Shown piece by piece: positions 13,601 through 27,580 of a stretch of 63,801 nt of DNA. Below the pieces are notes generated by a model. It saw only the letters and a list, made by a program, of their open reading frames with translations. It was not told the DNA's origin and did no database searches. The stretch is from Octopus bimaculoides. Taxonomy: Eukaryota. Each line of letters begins with the position of its first letter. Positions within the stretch are counted from its first letter, which is position 1. The position numbers and the translations under genes were made by a program. Location: positions 3,251,677-3,315,477 of the forward strand of contig NC_068981.1 of the NCBI RefSeq assembly GCF_001194135.2, read 5' to 3'.

Positions 13601-15569
13601 TATGGTAATAAAGCCGGAAGTTTTAGCAATGCTTATTAATCTTGAATCATAATTCTAATTTACTGTAAGACAGCAGCTCATTTTCATAATTAAAAAAAGA
13701 CAAAAAAGAAAGATCCATCAAAGAGATCAGTAAAACGCAGTTTTTGCTTTGATAAAATCTTGATAGATGAAAAAATACATTAGTGCAAAAAGAAACTGGA
13801 ACCTTCATTTCTAGAAAACTTTCATTTTATCTACATATATAAAGCGGGGAGGGAACCCCACCCAGAAGCTCTGGGGGCTGGTTGGTACAAAAGTTGTTCA
13901 GATTAAATATATATATATATATATATATATTACAAGCATTTGTTTCCCATCATACACATTAACATACTGCATTAACAACATTAAAGGGTAATATAACTGA
14001 ATATATTGTGCATGTTCATTATTATCATTACAAGGGTGACGAATGGCAAAAGCGGTAGAGCACTAGAAAAAATGCATTGTGGTATCCATCTCATTTTATT
14101 CTAAGTTTAAATCCCACTGGATCTTTACCAGCAAGATACTGCGAGTCGTATATAATCAATCACATCCCTTCTCCTCAATTTATAGCCTCTTGCCTACATC
14201 AAAAATTAATATTAACATTATTAGGCTTACAGACATTATCAGTTATCATCGTTATTGTAATTATTAACTCAGTGTCTCTATATTGAAAAGTAAATGACCT
14301 TATTGAAGAAACAAGGAGTTAAGTATTAGAAAAATCATTTAAGTAACAACATTAAGTTTGTATATGATCATACTTATTTAAGAATACAATTATGTAAATA
14401 ATATTTATATAAATCTAATTAAGATTCTACTGGCAAATAGTGGTTAAACTGAATTAAAGTGATAAATCTATACTATATATATNNNNNNNNNNNNNNNNNN
14501 NNNNNNNNNTATATATATATATATATATATATATATTTAAAATAAGCTGCCTAAAATTGTCATGCTTGCAGGTTTCATCCAAAACCTAAAGCAAATTATG
14601 TATAAATTTTAATTTTCTGTTTCCCAGTTTCAGTAAAGTTTAAATTAAATCAAAAGGTTTTTTTTTTTTTCCTTTCCCTCAAAATTCATACTTTGATCAG
14701 TTAATTTATAAAGACATTGTAGAAATACATATGTGCAAAAGATAAATTTCATTACTCATTATATATATATGTATTTTTTTAAAATATTTTCAACTTGGCA
14801 AGATTGAGCAACCTAAAAGGGTCACAAAATTCAGATATTTTAATTGGAGAATTACCAAAATATCTGTTAAAAATAATTGTTCATGAAAAGATAAATTACA
14901 CAAATAAATTGATTATAATCTTAGATTTTTAACATTTAATAAATTCTAATTGTATGTTTTTCAGTTTATACAGTTAAAACAATAGCATTATTTTAAAACA
15001 AATTAGTTTCTACTGAGATATTAAAATTTTATTTACTATTAGGTGCTATCATTTTTTACTACTCATTTTCTTTTTCAGTGCATTTGTTTAAGTCTTAATT
15101 ATCAAGCAAAGAGCATATTTGTAAAACATTCAACTTTGACAAATGCTGTTTGCTTTAAATTCTAAATTATATCTAAAACTGTCTGCTTGGAACTGGAATA
15201 TAAAATCCAATTTGACAAATGTCTTTACCATTTCATGAACTATGATGTATAAAGAGCTCATCTTTAGTTTTATGCAAACAGTTTAATTTTATATCAGTTA
15301 CATCTTTTATATATGCAGTTACAATGTAGACATTACATAAAAACAAAAACAAAAAAGTTTTGGTCCACAAAGATTTTGCAGACTGAGAATTAAATGATGA
15401 AATAAACATAACTTTATACAATGGTTCTGTTTAATTTGCTAAGCCAGTCCTGTTTTCACAGATTTCAAATGAGTTTCTTCAAATATCTGTCTTGAAAAAA
15501 AAAAAAAAGTTCTGTGTTCTGTTTAAGAAGCAAGTAATATCTACTCTGAAATTCAAGTAGTTTAGTACA

Positions 15570-15840
15570 GCCATGTAGTTGTCACTTAGGGGCAAATATG
15601 GCTTGGTAGCATGCACCATGCTTAACCCCATCCCCCACTCTTGACCCATTGGAACATTCAGGACGTGAAAGCTGGACAAGGTTAGGGCTGCACCAACACC
15701 TGGCTGGTACTACCTGAGTAGATTAGAGCAACATGAAATGAAGTACGTTGCTCAAGGGCACAATGTGCTGCCTAGTCCAGGAATAGAACACACAACTTTT
15801 ACTTATAATCATAATCCAAACATTGTAACAACTAGGCTAC
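15570..15840 (-). mobile_element. tRNA-derived SINE, family B (copies also at ~6040-6230 and ~20130-20280)
   Basis: Shared core TTGAGCAAnACnYTTCATTTCAYGTTGCTC in all three; a tRNA-like head precedes it at ~20135. Confidence 0.55.
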
Positions 15841-18800
15841 ACACTAAGAATTCTAGTAACAATGGCAACAAATAGAATATTTCCAGATGTCAAGAAGTAA
15901 TTCACACCAAATCCTTAATATTTTTACTAGAAAGATGTCTTAAACAAACTGTAATTTTATTATCTTTTGGTATGCCTCTGGATAGGGATGTATAATTATT
16001 ATTTTCTAGTAGCAACTCTTATACTAATGTTTCCATCTAAGATACTTTATTATAGACTTCTAAACTATATAGAATCAATAATCTTTCATTTTGATCACTA
16101 TCATTAGCATTGACATCATTCACTTCACTTCCACAGGTCTTATCCTCATCATCTGCTCTCCATCTGGAGACATGGTGTGTGATGTCCATAGGTCCCCTGG
16201 TTGCTCTGTATAGTCCCCATGATGCATTTGTTGTTTAGTCCTTGATCAATCTTAAGCAGACCTAAGGTTGAAAGCATTTTAGTCATGGCTGCCCCATGAC
16301 TCTCTTGGGCACTGAGTATGTAGGACTACATTTATTCAATATATCCTTCCCTTTTTAAGATGAAAGGGAGTAACTTGAATGAGATGATTAGGCAGCTATT
16401 TTTAGAAGGCAGAACAACCACAGAGAGGCTCCCTCATGAGCTGTAAACATCATGTCTAGGTGGTGGGCCTAAAATTCCTGGAAACATCTGCTGCTGTAAA
16501 GCAGTAAAAGTTTAATCCAGGTTATAAGGCAGAAATTATGAGACCATCATGGAAAGAGAGTTAATATCATTGACATCACAAATTAAAAAAATTCTTCTTA
16601 CAATTTTGCAGATTTTGATTTACCAACTTATCTAAATTTAAATGTCTTACAAAGATTACACTTAAACTTTAGGGGTTATTTTTATGTGCAACATGCCATA
16701 TTGCTTAAGAGGATTTTACACCCAATCTATATAAATATATATCTAATATTTCTATTGTGATAATTTTTTTCATGAATATTTATTAGTTTTCTTTGAACAT
16801 TAAAAAATAAAATATTTGCTATTTAGCTCTCTACATGGCAGGCTTAAAATTTTAAAATGGAATTATTAAAAAAAAAAAAGCTAATTTAGGAATGGTATTT
16901 GCCATAGTGCTCTATGCATTCTAAATGAACAAGTAGAAAGCTGTTGGGTGTCAATTTAGCATAATGTATTATATTATATTGTTTAAATATCTATTAATTC
17001 TTGAACTTCATGAAGCCAAATTATATATATGTACCACATCACTGCTAATAACTAAAGAAATTCTATTCTGTTCAAGGATTTTATCTTCTATAAGAAAGCT
17101 TTAAAAGGAATGCATTTTATATTATCTAAATTACTACTGCAATAGACAGAACAGTGGAGAGTGATAATTGCTGAGATGTCCATCAAGGTAACTATTTGAC
17201 ATTCCTGAGATAAATCTAAATAAAATAGCATGTGGAAGCCCTCTGGAAGTGGAAGAACAAATAGTTTTTATAAGAATTAGTTTAGTGTGTATAAACTTGA
17301 ATAGTATTTGGTGTTGACAGGAAAACATAACTGGCCAAGAGTTCTGAAAGATATTTTAGTTAAATATATTAAGATTTTGCTAGATTTTCACTACATACAT
17401 TAAATAAAATTGTAATTTCAGTCACTAAAATGGTAACTAGGGGTATAAATATGATCAGTTGAAATATTAAAAGAATTGACAGCATTCAATTTGTCTTGAG
17501 TACAATACCAAACATGATTTAAAAAATGTGATAGAATGGATGGAATTTAAACAGGTATTAAGATGCAAGGATTGAATGAAAATTCTAATCAAAATGTTTA
17601 ATTGTGGGTGCTGTGTAATTAAAAAAAAAGGAAGATAGAAAACTCTTTGATTGTCATTTAAAAGTAAAGTGTCATTCCATTAACATTTTATAAAGTTCAG
17701 CAGAACAAGCAAGTTAAAAATATATTTAAATGAAAGAAAATACTTTTTTTTTTCCAATTTATAAAAGAAGGAAAAATACAGACGCACACATATAATGTAA
17801 TGAGAATTAACTCCTTGAGGTAGCTTAGGTAAACTACTAATTATGCCTTAAACTACTTGAAAGGCATCTTATGAATATTGACAACTAAGGAGTGTGATTC
17901 TCAGTTATTATATACATTTCAGGTTAGGCCAATTCAAGGATCAATTGAATGTTCTCATCCTTGAAAGCTTGGAACAAAAGAATAGTTCCTGGCCTGTATA
18001 TCAACACATTACAAAGGTTGTATGTTGTGTACTGTTGTTCCCTCTCTGTCTTACACATACATTGACAGATATATTTTATATTGCAAATACTTTAAAAACC
18101 ACAGATGAAAATAGACATTTTGTGTACAGGCATAATGTATGCATGCAAGCAAGCAGGCAAGCTTCACAAAAAAGTTAAGCAATATTACCAGAAATAAAAA
18201 ATATAAATTGTCAAAAGCTGTTCTACAAACTTTTAGCTATAATAACTATGTAGTTTGGCAACAGAAACATATACTGCAGTAAACATAACCATAAATGATA
18301 AAATATCAAGGCAAAGAAACATATTAGCTGAGTTATTTTATTCAACTCTTTTTGTTTTGTCTTAGCATGAGGTAAGAACAGAAACACACACACACACACA
18401 TATATATATACATACATTATACACACACATTCACACATAAAGCCTATAAAAATAGATCTGAGCAGAAGTGCAAAAAAGAAACTTTTACTACATAAAAATT
18501 AGTCATAACCTATTTTGGTATATTTTTGCTTGTATTGAGTTGTTAGATCTCTTTATTATGAGGTTATTGACAGTGCAACTAACAAAAGTATGCTTTCTAA
18601 ATTTGTGACAAAACAATTACTCTAAATTATTTATTAGTATATGCAGTATTTCAAAAGGTAAAAAAAACCCCCAACAAATTAACTCGGATTACTACAAAAT
18701 CTTAATGTACCTAATGTAATGAACAGAAACTAAAATTGGTACAGGCAGAGTATTTCCTTTTTGTTGACCACCTCAATAACTTTTATCACCTGTATATGGG

Positions 18801-19504
18801 CATTTATTAATATTTAAAACAAAATCATTTTTTCAAAGTTCATGTATCTATATCAGCTTGTTAGCAAATCCAAGGCCTTGAACATAGAGTTTTCTGGTCA
18901 TTTATCAAAAAAAACCCAATTCCAGCAATATACAAGTTTTGGAGACAAGAAGTCTTTTAAAATTGAATGAACTCCTCTACATTTCCCACCCAGCAATGAG
19001 CTGTGGGAATTCCACTCCTTTCCCTTTTCCCAGGATTTTACAAGGCAGAACAAGACTGCTTTCAGGCTGAAGTGGAGGGCAAAGGGTCTTCTCTATATTC
19101 AAGAGTGCTGTGATTTTTCATGTTAAGGAAGGAGCCTATCAGATATTCACAGGCCTTCATCCGTAGGCTTTCCGAGCCTTTGGCTAATGACCTAGTTGAA
19201 CCCCCACCCCCACCCTCTTATTGGTCCTACCCCTTCTACACACTTCAGCAGGAGTGTCTTGTGCAGATTCATTGTGTTTGTAAATCAATAGTTATTGAAC
19301 TGAATTTACATGCAGCAGTCAACAAGATGCATGTGCATCATGTGTGAAAAGCTGCATCACATTGTGAGGGGATGATTATAGTGCTTAGTGTATATATAAT
19401 GGTATGATTGATTAGGATGGAGAAATGTTGGTGTTTATTGCATGTACGAATTTGGATGAATGAATGTCTGCTGCTTGTCTTTATATTATTTCATTTGGTT
19501 GTAA

Positions 19505-19730
19505 ATTTCTTGCTTCATGTTTAGCTCCAGGTCAGCTCTGATAGAACAGATGTATAATCACAGGCATTTCAGCCATGACTATCTCATCTAGTATTCATAC
19601 ATAGTATATTTAGGTCTATATTGTTTCAATATGGCCCTCCTTTTTCAAGACAAGAGTGTGTAATTTTGAAAGAGATTTGGCTGCTATTTCTAGCAGGTTG
19701 AGCAACAGTGGAGAGGCTCCTTCATCAGCA
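19505..19730 (+). repeat. Interspersed repeat family C (also ~13130-13300, 16220-16440, 23420-23640, 35840-36030, 38680-38880, 56200-56410, 58220-58460, 61730-61910, 63180-63420)
   Basis: Recurrent motifs CCAGGTCAGC...GACCTATGATCAAAGG...CCATGACCATC and GATTTGGCTGCTATTTCTAGCAGG...GAGGCTCC; class not determined. Confidence 0.65.
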
Positions 19731-20443
19731 TATAAAAGTTACCTTAGTATTGTATAGATATATTTGTTTTAAATGTCTTTGTGTTATTACTACTAATTGA
19801 ATGTTGGGTCAGTATTCTCACTAGGTAGCCCTGTAACAGTCAAGCCACTAATCTAAATTCCTAGAAAGCAACACCGAAATCAAACCCTTAAAACATGCAA
19901 TGATTCTATTTCATTTAAGGGTATGACTGATATGTTGTTGGGAGTTTGTATAGAGAGGATATGCTTATGGTTGTACATAAAATATTTGTTGCAGACATCA
20001 ATGCTTTGAGTTTTAAATGTATTTTTATGTTTGAGAGGTCAGTCCAAACAGTGCTCATGTTTTTAAATGGTTTATAATTTTGTAATTGGTTTGGGAGGAC
20101 AATTTTATTTTCTTTTTGTATATTTATATGACTTAGTGGTTCAGGTGTTGCATTCATGACCACTAAATTGTAGGTTTGATTTCCGGACTGAGCGACACAT
20201 ATTCTTGAGCGAAACACTTCATTTCATGTCGCTCCAGTCTGCTCAACTGTAAATGGGTCACCCTGTGACAGAATAACTTTTTGATCAGGAGAATGTTGGT
20301 CAGTTTGTCTAGCCAACAGTCTGGTCAATCATATGATATTCATCTACATAGTAGAAGTCAGATATTTCAGAATGTATTTTCTTAGCTTTAATATAATATT
20401 TTATATGTGACTTGTATTTTAAATACAGATAGGGACATACTGG

Positions 20444-20499
<56 letters not shown>

Positions 20500-20944
20500 A
20501 TATACATATTACAAATCTCGTTACCGAAGAAAATCTGAATGATGTAATTAGAACTTGAGGTTAATGGTATCAGCAAAGAGCATCTAGAAAATTGTTGGAC
20601 TCTAGTCTGAAGCTAAACATTCCCTCATTAATCTTGGACTTGATTATGACATTGTAGAATAAAGTGCTTTGCTAGGAAACAAAGTATTACCAGCAGAAAA
20701 TTTGAACTCATTAGGCTCAATACTTTATCTACTCAGCCATTTTGCCTCTAACACATACAAATGTGAACAGTGATATATTTTGAGTGTAGGAACTGGTTAT
20801 TTCTTTGGAGTTTGTCTAACTAACCACTATGCAGGTTTGATCCCATTGACCACCAGCACAGCAAGCACTTATTATATAGCTTTGGGTCAACCGATACATT
20901 CTGAATGAAATTTGGTTGACAAACTGCTGAAGCCTGTTGTATGT

Positions 20945-20969
20945 GTTTATGAATATCTATCTATCTATC

Positions 20970-21030
<61 letters not shown>

Positions 21031-21181
21031 ATATATATATATATGTATATATATATGTATATATATATATATGTATATATATATGTATATATATATGTAT
21101 ATATATATATGTATATATATATATATGTATATATATACATGTATATATATGTATATATATATGTATATATATGTATATATG

Positions 21182-21213
<32 letters not shown>

Positions 21214-21624
21214 CTCACACACACACACAAAGGNNNNNNNNNNNNNNNNNNNNNNNNNNNNNNNNNNNNNNNNNNNNNNNNNNNNNNNNNNNNNNNNNNN
21301 NNNNNNNNNNNNNNNNNNNNNNNNNNNNNNNNNNNNNNNNNNNNNNNNNNNNNNNNNNNNNNNNNNNNNNNNNNNNNNNNNNNNNNNNNNNNNNNNNNNN
21401 NNNNNNNNNNNNNNNNNNNNNNTATATATATATATGTATATATATATGTATATATATATATGTATATATATATATGTATATATATATATGTATATATATA
21501 TGTATATATATATGTATATATATATGTGTATATATATATGTATATATATATATGTATATATATATATATGTATATATATACATGTATATATATGTATATA
21601 TATATGTATATATATGTATATATG

Positions 21625-21656
<32 letters not shown>

Positions 21657-21676
21657 CTCACACACACACACAAAGG
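20945..21676. repeat. (AT)n/(ATATATGT)n microsatellite spanning a gap
   Basis: Direct observation; both sides end in the same TATACTCACACACACACAAAGG string. Confidence 0.95.
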
Positions 21677-21959
21677 GTGGCAAAATATCGGTGCAGCAGC
21701 AGTAATACCATTTATTATTTAGTTCTGTACAAGTTACTTCCTTTTCCTTTACACCCAGGCTGATTTTTCTTCTAGTCTTTAGAGAGCAATTAAATAAGTA
21801 TGCCAAAGAAGTATTGTCATTTGATTATTGCTGTATTCGGGTGTTCATGTTATAGCAGGGGAAAAAGGAGCAAAATTCATGACCCTTGAAAGACCACAAA
21901 GATTAAAATGCTGATGACAAAAGAAGCAGTTGATGTTTAGTTAAAAATTCTGTGGTTTG

Positions 21960-22900
21960 GTAGAGAATTTGTGTAGGGATGAAAAAGAGAGATAAAATCA
22001 GCCTGGTAGGTTAAGTGGAAAGGGTATGCAGTTTGTTAGTTCAGACTGTCAGAGGTCATAGTAATAACAAGAGAAGAAACAGCACATCTATTATGCTAGT
22101 TATTCAGCAAGTACTTCCCTGCTTTGGGGTGCAGGCTAGTACATTTGTGCATGTAATAGTAGCATCATGTCACATATGTGAGCAGTTTTGCAATGTGGGT
22201 CTTATTTTAGCTTTGTAGAAGATGACCAACTGATCAGAACTGAATATTTTTTTTACCATGAGAAGGAAGAATTGTCCTTATGTTTGGGATGCAATTTTAA
22301 CAATAGGAAGTTGATCTGAGAAATGATCAGAGGTTGTGTGGCCTTGTACTTTGTAGCAACTTTGAAAGCTTTATTAGTTGTTGTTCATGTGTAGGAAAGG
22401 TTTAGTCTAAGACTGCAAGTAGTCATTGTGGTTTTGTGACACTGAAGGATAGTAAGTTGGTTTTAAGGTCTCTGTTCATGGAGGCAGTGTGTCTAGTGTG
22501 GCATTTGAATGAAACATATGTGGAATTAGATATAACATCTATAGTTCTATAGTTAGAATTAACAGCCTGTGGGTCAGAAATGTACAAAAGTGTGGAAGAC
22601 ATAACTGAATTGTGACAGAATGTGGTAAAGAGAGAGATGCAATGAGCAACCATTGCAAAGAATTGGTCTGACAAGAGAGATGGGGGAACTTAGCTAAGAG
22701 ATTACTATGTGAAACAATATATAATTTTGCAAATGTTATTAGTTTCACTGAGCAAATCCGTTGTAGATCTGGCTTTGCAGAAATCACAGTGGTAGGAAAT
22801 GAGAAGGTAGAAAGACTTAAGGCATTGAAGGCAACTGTCTCCATCTTTGTGATATTGGAATTTAGTGTGACAGGATAGTACAGTAACAGAGGTTGTTTTC
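21960..22900 (-). mobile_element. Heavily decayed L2/CR1-type non-LTR reverse-transcriptase remnant
   Basis: Degenerate motifs in expected order on minus: METVAFN; LISYHCDFCKARSTTDLLS (cf. HQYGFRKARSTGDLL); HNSVMSSTLLYISD (cf. PQGSVLSPTLFLLFINDL); FYKAKIRPTLQNCSHM (cf. LYKAQIRPTLEYCSHIW). Confidence 0.6.
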
Positions 22901-22963
22901 CTTAGGAATGAGACATACACCATGTTTGGGGATAGACCCTGGAGAGAGAGATAGAGAGAGATA

Positions 22964-23300
22964 CAGTTCTATATTTAAGAGATGAGGAATTATGTACATT
23001 ATTTACTTTTGACAGATATTTGTCCTCATCTTGTTTGTTGTTAACATAATGTTTCAGCTGATATACCCTCCAGCCTTCATCAGGTGTCTTGGGGAAATTT
23101 TGAACCTGGGTTCTCATTCCTAAGGTATTTTTCAATGTTATTATTATTCCAGTCACTACCTGGAATCGAACTCGGAATTTTGGGGTTAGTAGCTCTGAAC
23201 CACTATGTCATATGCCTGTAATGAAAGCTGGAGGGTATATAAGCTGAAACGTTGTATTAATAACAAACAAGATGAGGACAAATATCCGTCAAATGTAAAT
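22964..23300 (-). mobile_element. tRNA-headed short element with hammerhead-ribozyme-like motif (copy 1, with inverted partial arm)
   Basis: Minus 23216-22964: A box TGACATAGTGGTT, B box GAGTTCGATTCC, then GACAC-CTGATGA-A-GGCTG-N10-CAGCT-GAAAC. Plus 23219-23300 is an inverted copy of the hammerhead-to-tail segment. Candidate TSD GAGAGATAC (22956-22964, 23306-23314). Confidence 0.75.
23043..23088 (-). ncRNA. Minimal type-I hammerhead ribozyme-like motif (decayed)
   Basis: Core CUGAUGA (23083-23077), stem II GGCUG/CAGCU, GAAAC (23055-23051). The ACGU palindrome is mutated to ACAU here but intact in the inverted arm (GAAACGTTG, 23246-23254). Confidence 0.65.
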
Positions 23301-26300
23301 GTCTGGAGAGATACTTAAGAGTTTGGTGAATAGAAAAGTTAATTGTGAAAGTCACTGACTGTGAGAAATTAAAGTAACACCACCAGGGCTAGTCAACTTA
23401 TTGGGTTAGAATAATCAGAGATGTTGTTTAGTACTAAGTTGTCCCTGATTGAGAAGACCTATGATCAAAGGTATATCAGTATCTAGTTAAGACCATCTCA
23501 GCCTTTTTTTTTTTTTTTCAGGCATAGTGTACCTTGGACTACATAATCCAATGTGTCCTATTTTGAGATGATAGGCTGTGATTTGAGGGATAGTAGGCTG
23601 CCATTTATATGCAGGTCAAGTGATCTCATAAAGGGCTCCTTTGATGACATTTCCACGTTCGGTGTGTGTGGACATTGTATGTTGAAACATGAGAAAAATG
23701 TAGTAATTGGGAAGAGTTTTGGGGTGAGTGTGTGTTTGCAGTGGGATGTTATAACTAAAAATCAGAGGGTAAAAAATAAGATAACTTTATCAGCAACAAG
23801 TGCTACAGACTGAGTTATATGGTTAAAGTGTTAACGAATAGGGTGTGGCTGCATATTTAGTAGAAACCCTCTTATCTAGTCTCCTGCTTAGGGTCAGAAG
23901 TGAAGCATAGTTTTGGCTAAGATTTACTGGTTCAAGACTGGAGGAATTTCAACAGCTAGCAAAGAGACAAGGTATGTTGTACAATGCAAATGTGTGTTGT
24001 CTAGATTAAATAATGGTTATTTGAGTAACCAATAGGACAGAGACCATAAAGGCTGTATTTGGATGTAAGAAAAGAGTCAAGAGTGTTTATAAAGTTAGTG
24101 TATTATATTAGGGACACATATTGTTTGAGTGTCATACTGGAGCAGTTTTATAGATGTTCTGTGGCTAATTGCTATTATACTTCATGACTATATGTTTTTT
24201 GATGTCAGTGTAGAAAATAACAGGTGTGAGAGAACTGGGTTTTAGGCTTCTTCCTGCCTGCAGTTAGCAGCAGAATCTTGTTCATCTGAATTCAAAAGTT
24301 ACAAGGATTACAGCACTGTGCTTACTCAGGTAGTCATTGTTTGTTACAAGCTGTTGCTTAGTCTCAGTTGTAGGAATGCAATGACATTTGGGTCATCATG
24401 GTTTTATTATGATTATGTCAACTAAGCCAATTAGAATAATGATTGCAGACAATGAAATGAATGTCTCTAGAACTACCATTCTACACAATGACACCATACA
24501 AAGCTGTTGTTAAATATAACATAATCATAAGAAATGTGCTTAGACACTCTCAGGTACATAAAAATAAAGAAGTCAGTGAAGATTCGATGGTCAGCTTTTT
24601 TTATCTTTAACTTTTTAAACTTGGCACAGTTGATGACCAATTGCAGAGTTTGGAGGCACTAACATCAAGACAGCTTGATTTGAGGAAGACCAAATACAAC
24701 AGAATCAACTTAATTCTGTTAGAAAAACAGCAGTAGCCCAGATATCAGGAGATTTCCACACAACCCAAGACTATTCTGTTTAGCTTTGGTAGCTGTCTTT
24801 TGCAATACAATCAACTCATTAAAAGATCAGGAAAGTAATAAATAAAAAAAAAAAAGGAAAAATAAGTAGATTTTGACAGTCTACACTAAAACTGCTGAGT
24901 AAAATGTTTTAATGTATTCATATTTTTCATTTGAGATATGAAAATACCAAAATTACAGGCACAAAAGAACCTGTTAGTGGATTATAAATCTAGTGATATA
25001 GAAGTTAATTTAGGTTTTTACAACTAGAAAAATTATACAGATTCAAACCATCATCATTAAATGTTATATATAATAATGTAATAATAGTAAAATATATCAA
25101 TAATATATTTTACATAGTGCAAACATTATTTGGTATAGAACTCAATATGTTAGGTAGAGATTTAACAGTCTGCTCTGCATTTCACCCTTAGCTGTGCTAT
25201 TTATGACTGTGCGTTATGAATAGCCCAGCTAAGAGTAAAGGACTGTCAACATCTATAACTTGTTTTAATTTGCTATTACAGATTTTACTAAAAATTTTAA
25301 TATCAAACATTTAGTTTTTTAAAAAAATCATAAAAGAAAGGTAAAAAAAAACAAACAAATCTTTAATTCCATAGAGTAGACAGCGGTTTACATAACTCAA
25401 CCATACGTACAGAAATACAAATGATTTATAAAAGGAATTCTTGATTATTTTCTGACAAATAAGAAAATTACAAACACCTTCTACTTCTTCTTGACACAAT
25501 ACATGCACACACAAAACGTGGTTAGAAAAAATATAGAATTTGGTTTAGGAAGTTCAACTTTGGAACACTTCTTTCTTCTGACAACACACTAAGCTCCATT
25601 TATCTTGTATAATATACTGAACTATGTTTAAACCTTAATCAAGTTAAGAATTTCCAACTAATTTAATCCATTGTAAAATTTGATTACAATTGGTCATCAT
25701 CTTAGGTCAGTCACCTTTAATTTTGTTTATTAACATCGTTTTGTACCTAGTCACAACGAACCACTATTATATGTATTAGTAAATAGAAAACACTATACAA
25801 ACATAGTGAAATATTTATAACTCTACTTATTTTATAAGATTAGAAAGTATTTCAGAAAATCTTTAAATAGGAATGATATTGTTAATTTAAAAAAAAGAAA
25901 AAGAACCAAAATGAAATACAAAAATGACGTGTTTATGACCACAGTTAAAAATTGCTTCCATAATTTGTTTCCATCGATCAAAGCCATTTAAGGCAATATC
26001 TAGTTATTTAAACTTTATTACAAAATGTCATAAAACTGGTTATTCAAACCTATAAATCTTCATTAACGTATGGACAGCCATGTTTTTATTTTATAAAACA
26101 AAAGAGAAATAGTTGAGTTATGGATGACATTCTAAACACTAAGCAAAGTATGACTTATATGAAAATTGTTCATTCCCAGTCATGGTTGGACAAGAAAAGA
26201 TTCAGATTTACGATCAAGATGCTCCAAACATGACCATCCCATCATTTTTTTCAAGCACAATGTGAGATTTCACTTCTATTTCTTGCAAGTTGGGTAACCC

Positions 26301-27344
26301 TAGAGAGGCTCTCTTGACTGGTTATTGGCGGTATTTCTTATTTGACACACATTTTGACATGTGTAACTCCATCCTTGGGTCCACTGCTTTACCAGAATTT
26401 TCAAGTCTGATACCTAAAACTCTAGGTATGTTGAAATACATTTCCCTATGAAACAGTTTCTTAGTTACCTTTTTTATTATTGTGTTCTCTCAACATTCTC
26501 TATTAAACATCATATTTGATTTATCTGTTATATTTCCTCATTTCATTCTCTAGCTCAGGGGTCGGGGAACTTTTTTTAACCAATTAACCCAAAATATATT
26601 TACGCCGATTTTACCTCCTTGATTTGAATGGAAGAAAATCCTAGATTCTTTGAATTCAAAAGGTTTATTGAATCGATTTACATGTCCATTACATTGGACA
26701 GAAGCAGTGTTGCCAGAAGAAAAATTTCTCTCGTAACAAGGAACACATTTTTTATATAATTTTACTTATGTCTAATGAGTCCTCATTACCTCCAAGAATT
26801 TCATTTTTACCCCCACTTGGGGTAATTTACCCTGGTTTGCCAACTCTTGCTCTAGCTGAACAATAATTCTAATATTTAAGGAAATTATTAATAATATACC
26901 CATATCTCTTCTACATTGAAAAAAAAAAGAAGTAATTTTATAGGCTATAGTTTCCACTCAGCAATTCTAGTTAACTAACTATTAGTTCTAACAGCTGTTC
27001 ATTATCCAAAAATTCAACTAAAATGTCCTCTAACCATTAGTGTGTTGTTGGGTCACAACCATAGTCTTTATGTTCATGTAAATGTGCCATGGACCAGCCA
27101 GCCCAGCGTAGCCATTACCTTCCATGCTACTGACTGTGGCTGGAAATTATAGGTACAAAGAAGTTAAAAGAAAACCATATTAATAGAGTGAATCTGTATT
27201 GTAAATACAGTTTTCTGGGAACTTAACATAATTTTATGGCTGTTTAATCAAATCATTCCAAATTCAAATGGTCATCAAATATTCAATTTGAATTCAATAA
27301 AATATAATGATGTTAACAGGACAAGTTTGTATAATAATAATAAT

Positions 27345-27580
27345 AAATAATAATCCTTTCTACTAAAGACACAAGGCCTGAAATTTTGTGGAGGAGGGGA
27401 CTAGCTGATTACATCGACCTCCCCCAGTGTTATACTGGTACTTAATTAATTGACCCTGAAAGGATAAAAGGCAAAGTCGAGCTTGGTGGAATTTGAACTC
27501 AGAATGTAAGGACAGACGAAATGCCGCTGAGCATTTTGCCTGGTGTGCTGACGATTCTGGCAGCTTGCCGCTATAATAAT
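27345..27580 (-). mobile_element. tRNA-derived SINE, family D
   Basis: Reverse complement has A-box-like GCAAGCTGCCAGAATCG and B box GAGTTCAAATTCC followed by AAGCTCGACTTTGCCTTTTATCC; many homologues in the window. Confidence 0.75.

Noticed and set aside
20945-21676. Apparent tandem duplication around the gap
   Set aside because: Near-identical microsatellite blocks with the same unique end on both sides of a gap; most likely overlapping contig ends.
23160-23216. tRNA-like sequences here and at other SINE heads as real tRNA genes
   Set aside because: No complete cloverleaf or acceptor stem; each continues into a repeat body.
26556-26720. hAT-like terminus CAGGGGTCGGGGAAC (and another near 60900-60919)
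   Set aside because: Only one end is visible in each case; no matching TIR or TSD.
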